From assembly GCA_039024555.1 (NCBI GenBank), contig JBCCQQ010000001.1:64001-128000 (forward strand): a stretch of DNA of 64,000 nt, given 5' to 3'. Below, piece by piece: positions 40,560 to 49,523 of this stretch. The stretch comes from Cyanobacteria bacterium P01_D01_bin.156. GTDB taxonomy: Bacteria > Cyanobacteriota > Cyanobacteriia > Phormidesmidales > Phormidesmidaceae. Position numbers and translations under genes: made by a program. Numbering within the stretch: position 1 is the first letter of the stretch; each line of letters starts with the position of its first letter. Below the pieces are notes generated by a model that was given only the letters and a program-made list of their open reading frames with translations, was not told the DNA's origin and ran no database searches.

Positions 40560-41141
40560 ATGATGCAACGTCTTTTTGCAAAGAAACGTCTTTTGTTAGG
40601 TCTAGGAACGTTAGCGCTAATGGGTGCTGTTCCTTTTGCTACTAACCAGCCAGTAATGGCCCAGCTCCAGGAAGTCAAAGAAGCTATTGTACAGGCCGTT
40701 ATCCGTCCTGAGGTTAAGCTCACTTTAGGTGCAGAAAAGCAAATTGTTAGTTTAGACAAAAATGGCCAAGAGAAAATCTCTTGGGAAGCTCTGCAAGGCA
40801 AGGTCACCGTACAACCTGGTGATGTTATTCGCTATACCGTAGATGGTGCGAACTCTGGTGATGTAGAAGCTCAGGGTCTCTCCGTTACCCAGCCTATCCC
40901 TAGCCAGACAAGCTACATTCTAAAGTCTGCATACACTGATAGCAGTGCTGATATTGTCTACAGCATTGATGGTGGTGCAAGCTTTGTAGCTGAGCCCATG
41001 GTTGAAGTCACCCTACCTGACGGAACTGTTGAACTACAGCCTGCTCCTGCTGAAATGTATACCCACATTCAGTGGAACTTTGGTGGTGATTTAGCCTCTG
41101 CTCAATCTGTTAAGGCATCCTACAACGTCAAGGTTAAGTAA
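40560..41141 (+). CDS. Small secreted single-DUF11 protein; candidate chaperone or cap
   Basis: Signal peptide ..PVMA|Q; AEKQ..VQPGDVIRYTV..N..TQPIP..YSIDGG..YTHIQW..YNVKVK*. Confidence 0.8.
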   Translation: MMQRLFAKKRLLLGLGTLALMGAVPFATNQPVMAQLQEVKEAIVQAVIRPEVKLTLGAEKQIVSLDKNGQEKISWEALQGKVTVQPGDVIRYTVDGANSGDVEAQGLSVTQPIPSQTSYILKSAYTDSSADIVYSIDGGASFVAEPMVEVTLPDGTVELQPAPAEMYTHIQWNFGGDLASAQSVKASYNVKVK

Positions 41142-41150
41142 ATCGACTAC

Positions 41151-41173
41151 GGGGAGGGTTTTACAATCCTCCC
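41151..41173 (+). terminator. Stem-loop, likely terminator
   Basis: GGGAGGGTT-TTAC-AATCCTCCC followed by a pyrimidine-rich tail. Confidence 0.55.
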
Positions 41174-41489
41174 TATCCTTCTCTTCAGAACCAGTATTTT
41201 TTCACCTTAAATACTCTCATATCAATGCTCTAACCTCTTTTAAGAGAAAGCCATTTTCTAGATCATTGATAACATCTGCGCCCTAGATATCAGGTGTGCT
41301 TGATTTTTGGCGACCTAAACCGACACTCTCTGAAGATCTCTGAACTGTATATACAACAATTCAGAAATGCTTCCGGCAATAAATCAAAGTGAGTGAGATC
41401 AGGTTTACGCCAACACTGAGCAGCTAGTTCGCGATTAGATAACCGCTGCTATCGCTAGTTTTTTTGATTATTCAGGTTTGAGGCTAAAT

Positions 41490-43025
41490 ATGAAGCTATC
41501 CCAGCCACCTAAACCAAAGCCAGCCACTTGGCGCAGATGGGCATATCGCACGGTGAACGTCTTATTGGCAAGCAGCTTATGTCAAGCACCTTTTGCTGCG
41601 ATCGCAAATGCCGAAGAGATTTACAATCGGGCTGATTATAACTATCGAGATGCCGAACGTAACATTGTTCTCGGCGGTACATCTGCAGAAGTTGTTATTG
41701 ATCCAGGAGAGCTGATTGACCCATTGGGTCAAATTCTCGGGTGTAATGGCTCCCTGCTACCTAATTATGAGGGGTTTTCCGTTGCCCTATATGAGCCTGA
41801 TGCCAGTGGCTTAGAGCTAGGCAACATCGTTCCTCTAACTAGAACAGAATTCCCTGACATCGAGAACAACGGAATTTCCGGTGGTAAGGAGCCCAATACC
41901 GAAAATAGCAACCCCTTCTTCTTAACCAATGCGGATGCAGGACAATATAACTTCCTGTTTGATACAGCGACACCTTTAGAAAGCCCCGTTAATGCAGGGT
42001 TAACCCAAACCAGTACAAATGCCCAATATATCTTGGTGGTCAATCCACCAGCAGATTCCGTATTTCCCCAACGACGAATCAAACTTGAACTAACGGACAG
42101 TACAGGTGGCGTTAACAACTCAGTCATTCGCTACACGGCGACAGCGTTAGATGGCATTCCCATCTCTACTAGTGGCGGTTCCCAGGTAAGTGCCACTGTA
42201 GTTGAAATCTTTAATGCAGAAACCCAGGGTCTGAATCTATTCTCTCTAGCTTTAGGAATGGTCATGTGCGAACCTGACCAAATTAGCATTACAAAAACGG
42301 CTGACCGAGCATCGGCCCAACCTGGCGATACGGTTGTCTATCGCTTAGGACTTAGAAACTTAACTGACATTGAATTAGATTCAGTCACTGTTGAAGATTT
42401 ATTGCCTCAGGGATTTCAATTGATTCCAGAGTCAGTAACCGGTGTTCTCAATGAACAAACCGTTGCCCTAGAGGCAGAAGCATCGGGTTCTGAAGTTATC
42501 TTTACAACTCCCACACCGTTACCTGTAGATGAGACCCTCAGTGTTCTCTATGCGACTCGGGTAACACCAGACGCCGTTCGAGGCGATGGTGAGAATTTAG
42601 CATCAGTAAGTGCTGAGCGTAGTGACAATGGTTACTTTGTTCAAGATGGTCCAGCCATCCATCGGCTCGTCATCGATCCAGGTATCGTCAATGACTGCGG
42701 TACTTTGATTGGCCGTGTCTTTATAGATAACAACTTTGACGGAGAACAACAACCCGGTGAAGCTGGCATCCCCAATGCTGTTGTCTTTTTAGACGATGGC
42801 AATCGGATTCTTACCGATGCCGATGGACTATTTTCGGTTACCTGCATGCTCCCAGGTACCCGCAGCGGCGTACTGGACTTTACGAGTCTCCCCGGTTACG
42901 CCCTAGCCCCCAATCTTTACTTTAAAGAACGCAACAGCCAGTCCCGCATGGTGAATATTTCTCCCGGTGGCATGGTGCGCATGAACTTTGGCGTCACGCC
43001 CACGTTCCAGGAGGAAGCTCAGTAA
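41490..43025 (+). CDS. Secreted DUF11 + SdrD-B-like protein; candidate base subunit
   Basis: Signal ..IANA|EEIYNRADYNY; ITKTADRASAQPGDTVVY..EDLLP..ENLASV; GRVFIDNNFDGEQQPGEAGIPNA..TDADG..MNFG. Stop overlaps next ATG (TAATG). ATG 41490 preferred over TTG 41478. Confidence 0.85.
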   Translation: MKLSQPPKPKPATWRRWAYRTVNVLLASSLCQAPFAAIANAEEIYNRADYNYRDAERNIVLGGTSAEVVIDPGELIDPLGQILGCNGSLLPNYEGFSVALYEPDASGLELGNIVPLTRTEFPDIENNGISGGKEPNTENSNPFFLTNADAGQYNFLFDTATPLESPVNAGLTQTSTNAQYILVVNPPADSVFPQRRIKLELTDSTGGVNNSVIRYTATALDGIPISTSGGSQVSATVVEIFNAETQGLNLFSLALGMVMCEPDQISITKTADRASAQPGDTVVYRLGLRNLTDIELDSVTVEDLLPQGFQLIPESVTGVLNEQTVALEAEASGSEVIFTTPTPLPVDETLSVLYATRVTPDAVRGDGENLASVSAERSDNGYFVQDGPAIHRLVIDPGIVNDCGTLIGRVFIDNNFDGEQQPGEAGIPNAVVFLDDGNRILTDADGLFSVTCMLPGTRSGVLDFTSLPGYALAPNLYFKERNSQSRMVNISPGGMVRMNFGVTPTFQEEAQ

Positions 43026-46000
43026 TGAACCCGAATCGTCACTCGAAAATTTACTATTGGAGCATCTTGGCTGGTTCAGTTGCTCTATCAACGGTATCAC
43101 CGGATGGTTGGGCCTATGCCTCTCAGGATATGCCTGAGACCATCGACCCTAACAAAGCTCAGGATGTTTTACCGGAGGAATCAGCCTATGGTAACGCCGC
43201 TGACCTTAGCGTTAGTGCAATACCTGATACACCTCTTGATTCTTCTGTAGATGCTCAGTTTTTGTCATCTCAAACAGGTCCCGAGATTTTGGGGTTACAG
43301 GTTGCCCCTGAAGAGTCCTCTGATAATGATACGGCCACATTAGTCTTTCCTTCCCTAACATCGGGTATTCCTCAATTTTCGGACCCACAGTTAGCCCAGG
43401 CAACAACGACAGCCTTGGCTGAAGCACAGGAAAATCAAACTGATACAGCAGCAGATACAACCGTAGCAGACAACACTGACACAGCGGCATCTAGGTATAT
43501 CGATAACGAACTGCCTAAACTCTCTCCCAACGAAACGAAACTCGAACCATTACCGACTGCTGAGTCAGCCAACATAACTCAAATTGAACCTACTGTTACT
43601 CCCCAGGTTCAGCCCCTGCCTGCTGATAACCCAACGGTTACGAGTCAAGCTACTCCCCTCGAACTCGCAGTAACAGAGAGCGATAAATCTACGACGATAG
43701 AACAAGATGCAACAGATTCTGAAACAGGAACAACCACCGTTCAAGCCTCAGCTGAATCCGTAGCAATAGAGCAGAGTACAATAGCGCCTGAGGAGGAAGC
43801 GACTACCGCTGAGGCTGAACCAGAGATAGCCCAGTCTGTTGCATCTGGAGAAATTGAAATCCTCAACCCCACAGCGGGTAGCGTCGTTGATGTACCTGCA
43901 ATTACCGTTATTGTTCGCTTTCCAGCCACTGCTGACATTCAGTTGCAGATAAATGGTGATTCTGTCGATAACGACCTGATTGGCCGTACTGAATCGAACC
44001 CTACCACTAACCTGGTCACCCAAACTTGGTATGGGGTCCCCTTACAAGAAGGCAGCAACAGCTTAACCGTACTGGATAAGAGTGATGGTAGCCTGGTGCA
44101 ATCCACCACAGTAGAGGTCAGAGGTGCGCCTATCGAGATGACCCTGAGATCGCGAGAATCAAGGGTACCGGCTGATGGGCGTTCAATTGCGACCTTACAG
44201 GGACAATTATTAGACAGCAATGGCAATGTCTCAAACTGGGATACAATCGTCACCCTCAATGCCAGCGATGGTGAGTTTGTTGGTGTTGATTTTGCTCCAG
44301 ATCAGCCTGGGTTTCAGGTAGAAGCCCAGAACGGACGATTTAAGGCAGAACTACAGTCATCTCTAGAGTCTCATATCGTTCAGCTACAGGCAACCACAAA
44401 CGGTTTAGAAGCGTTTAACCAGGTACAGTTTGTAACACCTAAGCGCCCTAGCATTGCCACTGGTATTGTTGACCTTAGATTCGGTGCCAGAGGAACCAAC
44501 TTTTACAGTAGTCTACGAGATTTCTTACCCGAAGATGAGGACAATGATTACGCTCTAGATCTAGATGCCTCATTCTTTACCATGGGGAACGTGGGTGAGT
44601 GGCTCTTAACCAGTGCATTTAATAGCGATCGCCCCTTAAATGAAGATTGTCGAGGTGAAACCTCCCTATTCCGGCAGGGAGCAGGCAGCTGCAACAACCT
44701 ATATCCCGTATACGGTGATGACTCTTCAATCGATGTCACAACTCCATCCACCGACAGACTATATGTTCGACTAGAGCGCACATCTCCTGTAGAAGGTGCA
44801 ACGGTAGACTATGCCATGTGGGGAGACTTCAATACTGAAGAGTTTGCCAATTCATCTCAGTTGTTTACATCCACATCCCGCCAGTTACATGGATTTAAGC
44901 TCAACTATAATCTTGGCAACTTAGCCATTACGGGTCTTTATGGTGACAATATTGAGGGCTTCCAACGCGATACGATTGCTCCCGATGGTACGAGCGGCCT
45001 ATACTTTTTGTCGCGTCGGTTGGTGACCTCTGGCAGTGAACAGGTCTATCTCGAAACAGAAGAGCTGGATAGACCCGGTACTGTGCTCGAAAGAGAGCGC
45101 CTATTTCGTAATACTGATTACGATATTGATTATGATCGCGGCACATTGTTATTTGAAGATCCAGTCACTCAAACTGCGATCGGCGACTTTGGTGAAGTTT
45201 TGCTTCGCCGTATTGTTGTCACCTATCAGTTTGAGGGAGAAAATACAGATACCAATATCATTGCTGGGCGTCTACAGTATAACTTTAACCGCACCCTCAG
45301 CCAAGAATCTTGGCTAGGCACATCTTACCTAACAGAAGATCAGGGCAGTCGTAACTTTACTCTGTTTGGGGCAGATGCTCAATTTGCGTTGGGTAACAAC
45401 AACCGCTTAGTTGCAGAAATTGCCCACTCTGAAAGCGATTTTGATTTGTCTGGTCCCATCAGCGGCTCAGCCTATCGGGTTGAACTAGATGGGGTTGTGA
45501 GTGACTGGTTGAGTGGTAGAGCCTATTGGCGTTCCACCGATGCTGGCTTTACCAATGCGGCAACTACGAGTTTTGTTCCTGGTCAGACTCGGTATGGTGC
45601 CCAGGCCAATGTCAAAGTCAGTCGGAACACCACACTGCGTGCACAGTTTGATCATGAAGATAATGATGGTGTAGCCCCTCGTCCGATTACGGATCTTGAA
45701 GACTTACTGACACCGGGACAAAATCCGGTGCCAGGTTCCCGGGTCGATAACTCATTGACCACCTATTCCCTAGGACTAGCCCAGCGCCTGGGAGATACCA
45801 ATCTAGAATTTGACTGGGTTCATCGCGATCGCACTGACCGCACTAACCCAAGCCAGTTCAATACCAGTTCAGATCAGCTTAGAACACGAGTAACCACCCG
45901 AGTCTCTGACAAGCTCACTCTGCGGGCTCAAAATGAGCTAAATCTTTCATCGGAGAGCGATCCCATTTATCCCAGTCGCACCTATCTAGGACTGGATTGG

Positions 46001-47218
46001 GAAGCACTACCGGGCATTAAAGTGGGACTGGGCCAGGTATTCTACGGCGACAATGGTTTTAGCGATCGCGACTCTTACACTATTTTTGATGTATCTGGCG
46101 AACGCTCCCTAGGGGAAGACACGACCATTCGCGGTCGTTTTAGCAGCGTTGACGGTCAACATCTCGGCGGTGCCATCGGTGTTGAACATGGCTTTAATCT
46201 AGGTCCTGGTCTCCGACTTGATTTAGGCTATGAACGAGTCTTTAACAGTCTTGGCGGCACCGCTTCCGGTAGTCAGTTTAGCCAACCCTTTGCCGTAGGT
46301 ACTGGCGGCTCCTCCGTTGGCACCGTTGACAGCAACACCTATACCCTCGGATTGTCCTACACAGACAATCCCGATTTACAAGCCAGCGCACGGATTGAGC
46401 ATCGCGATTCTTCCCAGAGCAGCAACACGGTACTGAATGCCTCTGCAGTAGGCCGTCTCTCGCCAGCCGTCAGTGCGTTATTTAACTATCAGCTCAATCG
46501 GGCAGCCAACCAGAGCATTAGCAACATTGGTACCACCAGCAACCTCAAACTAGGTCTCGCCTACCGCGATCCTAACGATGATCGACTCAATGCGTTGCTA
46601 CGGTATGAACATCGCATCAATCCAAACACACTGCCAACAAATGCTCTATTTGGCCGCAGTCTTGATACCTCTGAGCATGTATTCTCAGGCGAAGCTCTAT
46701 ATGCCCCCAATTGGCGATGGGAGCTCTACGGAAAATATGCCTTCCGCACCACTCAGACTCGCATTAACCTACCAGCCGATGAGGGCGGTGACTTTGTCTC
46801 CAATAACAACTTACATCTCGCCCAGATGAGGGCCACCTACCGGTTTGACTACAGCTGGGATGTAAGTGCTGAAGCTCGTTGGTTTGGTGGTCTGGGTGAC
46901 TACAACGAGTTGGGGTATGCCCTGGAAGTCGGTTACTATGCTACCCCTGATTTTCGCATCTACGGTGGCTACAGCGGGGGTGGAGCCTACGATGACGACT
47001 TTGGAATAAATCGCTCGGCTAGTGGGTTTTATATTGGTGTCTCCGCCAAAATCAATAGCCTGTTTGATGGCTTTGGTTTACAGGATGTTGCTCCACGACA
47101 ACAGCGGGAGTCTTCTCTAGAGGCTGAGCCAGACGCTCTCTTTTTTGAAGATCCCAGCACCATTCCCTTTCCTACCAATTCCCCTGTAGAGGATGTTTCA
47201 ACTGAGGAGCAAGGGTGA
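43025..47218 (+). CDS. Large outer-membrane beta-barrel protein with N-terminal Ig-like domains; candidate usher-like pore
   Basis: Signal peptide, acidic low-complexity linker, invasin-like VPADGRS, YPVYGDDS, DYDIDYDRGTL, long run of alternating amphipathic strands ending GFYIGVSAK. Confidence 0.8.
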   Translation: MNPNRHSKIYYWSILAGSVALSTVSPDGWAYASQDMPETIDPNKAQDVLPEESAYGNAADLSVSAIPDTPLDSSVDAQFLSSQTGPEILGLQVAPEESSDNDTATLVFPSLTSGIPQFSDPQLAQATTTALAEAQENQTDTAADTTVADNTDTAASRYIDNELPKLSPNETKLEPLPTAESANITQIEPTVTPQVQPLPADNPTVTSQATPLELAVTESDKSTTIEQDATDSETGTTTVQASAESVAIEQSTIAPEEEATTAEAEPEIAQSVASGEIEILNPTAGSVVDVPAITVIVRFPATADIQLQINGDSVDNDLIGRTESNPTTNLVTQTWYGVPLQEGSNSLTVLDKSDGSLVQSTTVEVRGAPIEMTLRSRESRVPADGRSIATLQGQLLDSNGNVSNWDTIVTLNASDGEFVGVDFAPDQPGFQVEAQNGRFKAELQSSLESHIVQLQATTNGLEAFNQVQFVTPKRPSIATGIVDLRFGARGTNFYSSLRDFLPEDEDNDYALDLDASFFTMGNVGEWLLTSAFNSDRPLNEDCRGETSLFRQGAGSCNNLYPVYGDDSSIDVTTPSTDRLYVRLERTSPVEGATVDYAMWGDFNTEEFANSSQLFTSTSRQLHGFKLNYNLGNLAITGLYGDNIEGFQRDTIAPDGTSGLYFLSRRLVTSGSEQVYLETEELDRPGTVLERERLFRNTDYDIDYDRGTLLFEDPVTQTAIGDFGEVLLRRIVVTYQFEGENTDTNIIAGRLQYNFNRTLSQESWLGTSYLTEDQGSRNFTLFGADAQFALGNNNRLVAEIAHSESDFDLSGPISGSAYRVELDGVVSDWLSGRAYWRSTDAGFTNAATTSFVPGQTRYGAQANVKVSRNTTLRAQFDHEDNDGVAPRPITDLEDLLTPGQNPVPGSRVDNSLTTYSLGLAQRLGDTNLEFDWVHRDRTDRTNPSQFNTSSDQLRTRVTTRVSDKLTLRAQNELNLSSESDPIYPSRTYLGLDWEALPGIKVGLGQVFYGDNGFSDRDSYTIFDVSGERSLGEDTTIRGRFSSVDGQHLGGAIGVEHGFNLGPGLRLDLGYERVFNSLGGTASGSQFSQPFAVGTGGSSVGTVDSNTYTLGLSYTDNPDLQASARIEHRDSSQSSNTVLNASAVGRLSPAVSALFNYQLNRAANQSISNIGTTSNLKLGLAYRDPNDDRLNALLRYEHRINPNTLPTNALFGRSLDTSEHVFSGEALYAPNWRWELYGKYAFRTTQTRINLPADEGGDFVSNNNLHLAQMRATYRFDYSWDVSAEARWFGGLGDYNELGYALEVGYYATPDFRIYGGYSGGGAYDDDFGINRSASGFYIGVSAKINSLFDGFGLQDVAPRQQRESSLEAEPDALFFEDPSTIPFPTNSPVEDVSTEEQG

Positions 47219-49392
47219 TGAAACAGAATCCTGTTACTCAACTACTTTCTCATTTATTTAATGACTCGGATGCCAGGACCATGACTTATCGACCCTCTAT
47301 ACGTACCTTAGCCACGTCTCTACTATTAGCGACTGTTGCCACAGCAGCTGTGGCACAAACGCCATCAGAGCCCAATTTACCTAAGGTGCAAGTGATGGTA
47401 AATAGTTCCCAGGATGGTCCGATTACGCCTGACGATCAGCTGACATTACGAGAAGCGATCGCACTCACCAATGGCACTCTCCTCCAGGATGAACTGAGTA
47501 ATCTAGAGCGGCAACAGATAGCACCCAGCTCGGGCAACTCCGTTATCGCCTTTGACTTACCTACTGACAGTACTACTATTCAGCTACAGTCACTCTTACC
47601 GGCACTGACGCAGCCTGGGCTAGCCATTGATGGCACGACCCAGCCTGGTTACGATGCCACCAAATCAGCAACGGCAGAAATTTTAGTAGCAACTCCTGTG
47701 GTAGAAATCACCGCTGCCGAGAACGCCGAGGTATTTCGAGGGCTAACCATCGTCGCCGATAATATTGCCATTCGTGGCCTGAGTCTCCATGGCTTCAGTT
47801 CTCAGCATAGTGCAACTGAGTCTACACCACCTGCTGATATTTTTATTGCCCACGAACTCTCTCCACCAGACATTAGTGAGCAATATATTCCCAATAATGC
47901 GTTCTCATTTTACGACGAGAACCATCCACCCAAGGGCATTGTTATTGAACAAAATTGGATTGGCATTCCCAGTAATAACAGCATTCCTCAAAAGCCTTCT
48001 GCCTTTGGTGTTTCTGTGTTTAACAGCACGGGAGTAACCCTTAAACACAACCGCATTTCATATCATGACGGAAGCGGTGTAATTACGGGTGCCCGGGCCG
48101 AGAATTTAGCAATTATTGAAAATCTTATTGTTAACAATGGATTAGCCGGCATGCCCGACGCTATTCGACTGGATGGTCGAATCGACAATGGGTTAATTAC
48201 CGGCAACCTCATGTGTGGCAATGATGGTAGTGGCATCTTTTTGTTTAAGCCCCAAGGCTCTGTTGAGATTAGCAATAACGATATTCGCTTTAATGGTCAA
48301 CGGCTACGTCGAGCAGCTATTTACCTAATGGGCAACGATCATCGGGTAGTCGATAATCACATTGCTAACCAAAAAGGTCCCGGTGTGGTCGTCACGGCCT
48401 TTAGCCAAGGGGGCACCACCCACAGCCAACGGAACATCATTGAAAACAATCACTTCAAGAATATTGAAGGCTTGAGCATTGACCTCAACACTCGCCGTAA
48501 TCGGGGTGTGCAAGACTTCCAGAGGGGAGATGGCCCTAACCCCCTCAGAGATTCTCACAACCGTCGTCGCGACACTGGCAACAGCGCTATTAACCCCCCC
48601 CAGTTTGACAGTGATGAGTTTTTTGCCATTGATGGCCAAGTTACCCTACAAGGGAAATCCGATAGTGGCTCTACGGTACAGCTCTACCTGACCCAGGGAA
48701 ATACAGGAGAATATGGCCCCTTGACTAGGCCCCTAGCAACCGTTGAAGTGAACGACGAAGGTTATTTTAGCTACGGTTCCACGGATTTGAAACCTGGAGA
48801 TGTGATCAGCGGTATTGCCACCGACCCTCGGTATGGCACCTCGGAGCCTGCCCTAAACACAGTGATAGTAGCTCTGGGAGAATCCAGCACCACACGGCCT
48901 AATCGTATGACTTTTGCCACTGATAATCCTCAGTGTACGACGCCCCCTGTGGTGCCTGAGCCGGTTACTCCGGAGCCTGAGCCTGAGGCGATCAAGCTAG
49001 AGGTACCTCGCAATGTTCACTTTGGTCTCGATGAAGATTTTATCAATCCAGACAGTGCTTTGGTGCTTAATAACATTATTACTGTCCTTCAGCAATATCC
49101 AACGATTGTTGTTGATTTACACGGGCATACTGACTCTAGAGCTAGTATCGCCTATAACCAGGGCTTAGCTAAACGTCGTGCCAATAATGCTCGACAATAC
49201 TTGATACAAAAAGGCATTGCCCCCGAGCGGATGACAATTCGCTCTTTTGGTGAGACTGAACTGCTGGTGGATGAAACCGACCGGGTAAACTACGCCCGCA
49301 ACCGTCGAGTGGAGTTTGTCTTTAGCGATGTACGCGGGATCGATATTACTTTTATAAATCAAGAAAATGATTTACAGCTTGAAGCTGAATAA
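47215..49392 (+). CDS. Right-handed beta-helix protein with C-terminal OmpA-like peptidoglycan-binding domain
   Basis: LTLREAI (CSLREA-like), beta-helix repeats, PEPEPE linker, GHTDSRAS..YNQGLAKRRA..NRRVEF; start overlaps barrel stop. Confidence 0.9.
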   Translation: MMKQNPVTQLLSHLFNDSDARTMTYRPSIRTLATSLLLATVATAAVAQTPSEPNLPKVQVMVNSSQDGPITPDDQLTLREAIALTNGTLLQDELSNLERQQIAPSSGNSVIAFDLPTDSTTIQLQSLLPALTQPGLAIDGTTQPGYDATKSATAEILVATPVVEITAAENAEVFRGLTIVADNIAIRGLSLHGFSSQHSATESTPPADIFIAHELSPPDISEQYIPNNAFSFYDENHPPKGIVIEQNWIGIPSNNSIPQKPSAFGVSVFNSTGVTLKHNRISYHDGSGVITGARAENLAIIENLIVNNGLAGMPDAIRLDGRIDNGLITGNLMCGNDGSGIFLFKPQGSVEISNNDIRFNGQRLRRAAIYLMGNDHRVVDNHIANQKGPGVVVTAFSQGGTTHSQRNIIENNHFKNIEGLSIDLNTRRNRGVQDFQRGDGPNPLRDSHNRRRDTGNSAINPPQFDSDEFFAIDGQVTLQGKSDSGSTVQLYLTQGNTGEYGPLTRPLATVEVNDEGYFSYGSTDLKPGDVISGIATDPRYGTSEPALNTVIVALGESSTTRPNRMTFATDNPQCTTPPVVPEPVTPEPEPEAIKLEVPRNVHFGLDEDFINPDSALVLNNIITVLQQYPTIVVDLHGHTDSRASIAYNQGLAKRRANNARQYLIQKGIAPERMTIRSFGETELLVDETDRVNYARNRRVEFVFSDVRGIDITFINQENDLQLEAE

Positions 49393-49523
49393 GAAATATT
49401 CTGTTGTCTTATCAGCCGCCATAGATCTTCTGAAAGATTGAAATACTCTGTTTCAATTTCGCAACGCTATTTATTGCAGGAGTCAAGTTTTCTCTTGCAT
49501 CTAGACAAGGAATTTGTTTGATT

